Shown here piece after piece: positions 63,677 to 64,000 of a stretch of DNA of 64,000 bases (position 1 is its first letter; each line of letters opens with the position of its first letter). The notes under the pieces are model-generated. The model saw nothing but the letters and a program-made list of their open reading frames with translations. It had not been told where the DNA came from and ran no database searches. The DNA is taken from NCBI GenBank assembly GCA_965248065.1, contig OZ252088.1:1740773-1804772 (forward strand), given 5' to 3'. Source of the stretch: Dehalococcoidia bacterium. GTDB lineage: Bacteria; Chloroflexota; Dehalococcoidia; Lucifugimonadales; Australimonadaceae. The position numbers were made by a program, and so were the translations under genes.

Positions 63677-64000
63677 ATGACGAAACGTAGTTTGAGTTTG
63701 GCGGCCCTGCTGGCAGGCGTCTTTGCTTTGTTGGCGGCGGCTTGTGGAAGCGATCCGACAGCAACGCCGACACCGCGACCGACGCCTACTCCGGTCCCGA
63801 CAGTGGCGATGGCTGACCCCACGCCGACGCCCGACCCGTTCGAGGCGGAGTGGGAGGCCCTCGTCGCCGCAGCTCGGGAAGAGGGCAAGCTGGACGCGTT
63901 CATCTGCTGTGCTCTCGGACGTGTGTTCGACGACCACATCGACGCGTTCCAGGAGAACTTCGGTGTCGAGATCACCAGCGCAACCGGCTCATCGCGTCAG
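63677..64000 (+). CDS. ABC-type solute-binding lipoprotein (3' end off-window)
   Basis: Lipobox LAAAC, a Pro/Thr linker and an EEGKL.. SBP-like start are present. The frame is open to the window end. This ORF is not in the ORF track because it has no stop. Confidence 0.6.
   Translation, partial: MTKRSLSLAALLAGVFALLAAACGSDPTATPTPRPTPTPVPTVAMADPTPTPDPFEAEWEALVAAAREEGKLDAFICCALGRVFDDHIDAFQENFGVEITSATGSSRQ

Overview
This is a GC-rich bacterial chromosomal segment. The gene content (several F420/LLM oxidoreductases, Gfo/Idh/MocA and SDR paralogues, Rieske oxygenase, DUF1800/DUF1501, EndoQ) resembles Chloroflexota/SAR202-type genomes, but that placement is inference only. I can support about 65 protein-coding genes and found no rRNA, tRNA or CRISPR array. 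Recognisable blocks are as follows. (1) An IS30 transposase fragment at the left edge. (2) An ABC-2 exporter and an ArsR-SRPBCC pair. (3) A HEPN/MNT toxin-antitoxin (TA) pair and a VapBC TA pair. (4) An operon of two tandem ferritin-like (E, ExxH, E, ExxH) paralogues plus an SDR. (5) A Gfo/Idh/MocA x2 plus BNR-propeller operon, and two LLM paralogues. (6) A three-gene secreted/membrane, probably metal-handling, operon. (7) pstSCAB-phoU. (8) A MacB-like ABC/FtsX exporter. (9) CcdA-DUF3105 and modABC. (10) Housekeeping genes uvrC, rpiB, a Xer recombinase, lgt, recJ, fabF and ilvB. (11) GH15, EndoQ, and a PEP-mutase/GlcG/Rieske/solute-binding catabolic cluster. The least explained signal is non-coding: five long intergenic gaps are built from a mosaic of short repeat modules. 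Within them, three same-orientation copies of a ~100-145-nt element share a conserved scaffold. The scaffold is ACGAGTRAA, then a 10-nt word repeated three times, then CTTTTCA, then a CACTCGTAAA/TTTRCGAGTG hairpin. The word differs between copies, and each copy carries the complement of its own word downstream, with G-U-compatible changes in the hairpin. This covariation looks like an undescribed structured RNA or ssDNA element. Other points of note are listed here.
- A ~146-bp inverted repeat pair brackets 17.4 kb.
- An 18-G homopolymer sits beside the IS30 fragment.
- A single in-frame TAG splits a DUF1501 gene.
- A peroxiredoxin remnant carries an internal deletion.
- The ilvB leader looks like an attenuator.
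- A 21-bp tandem operator-like array lies upstream of a cupredoxin gene.
All family assignments come from motif recognition by eye; no searches were run.
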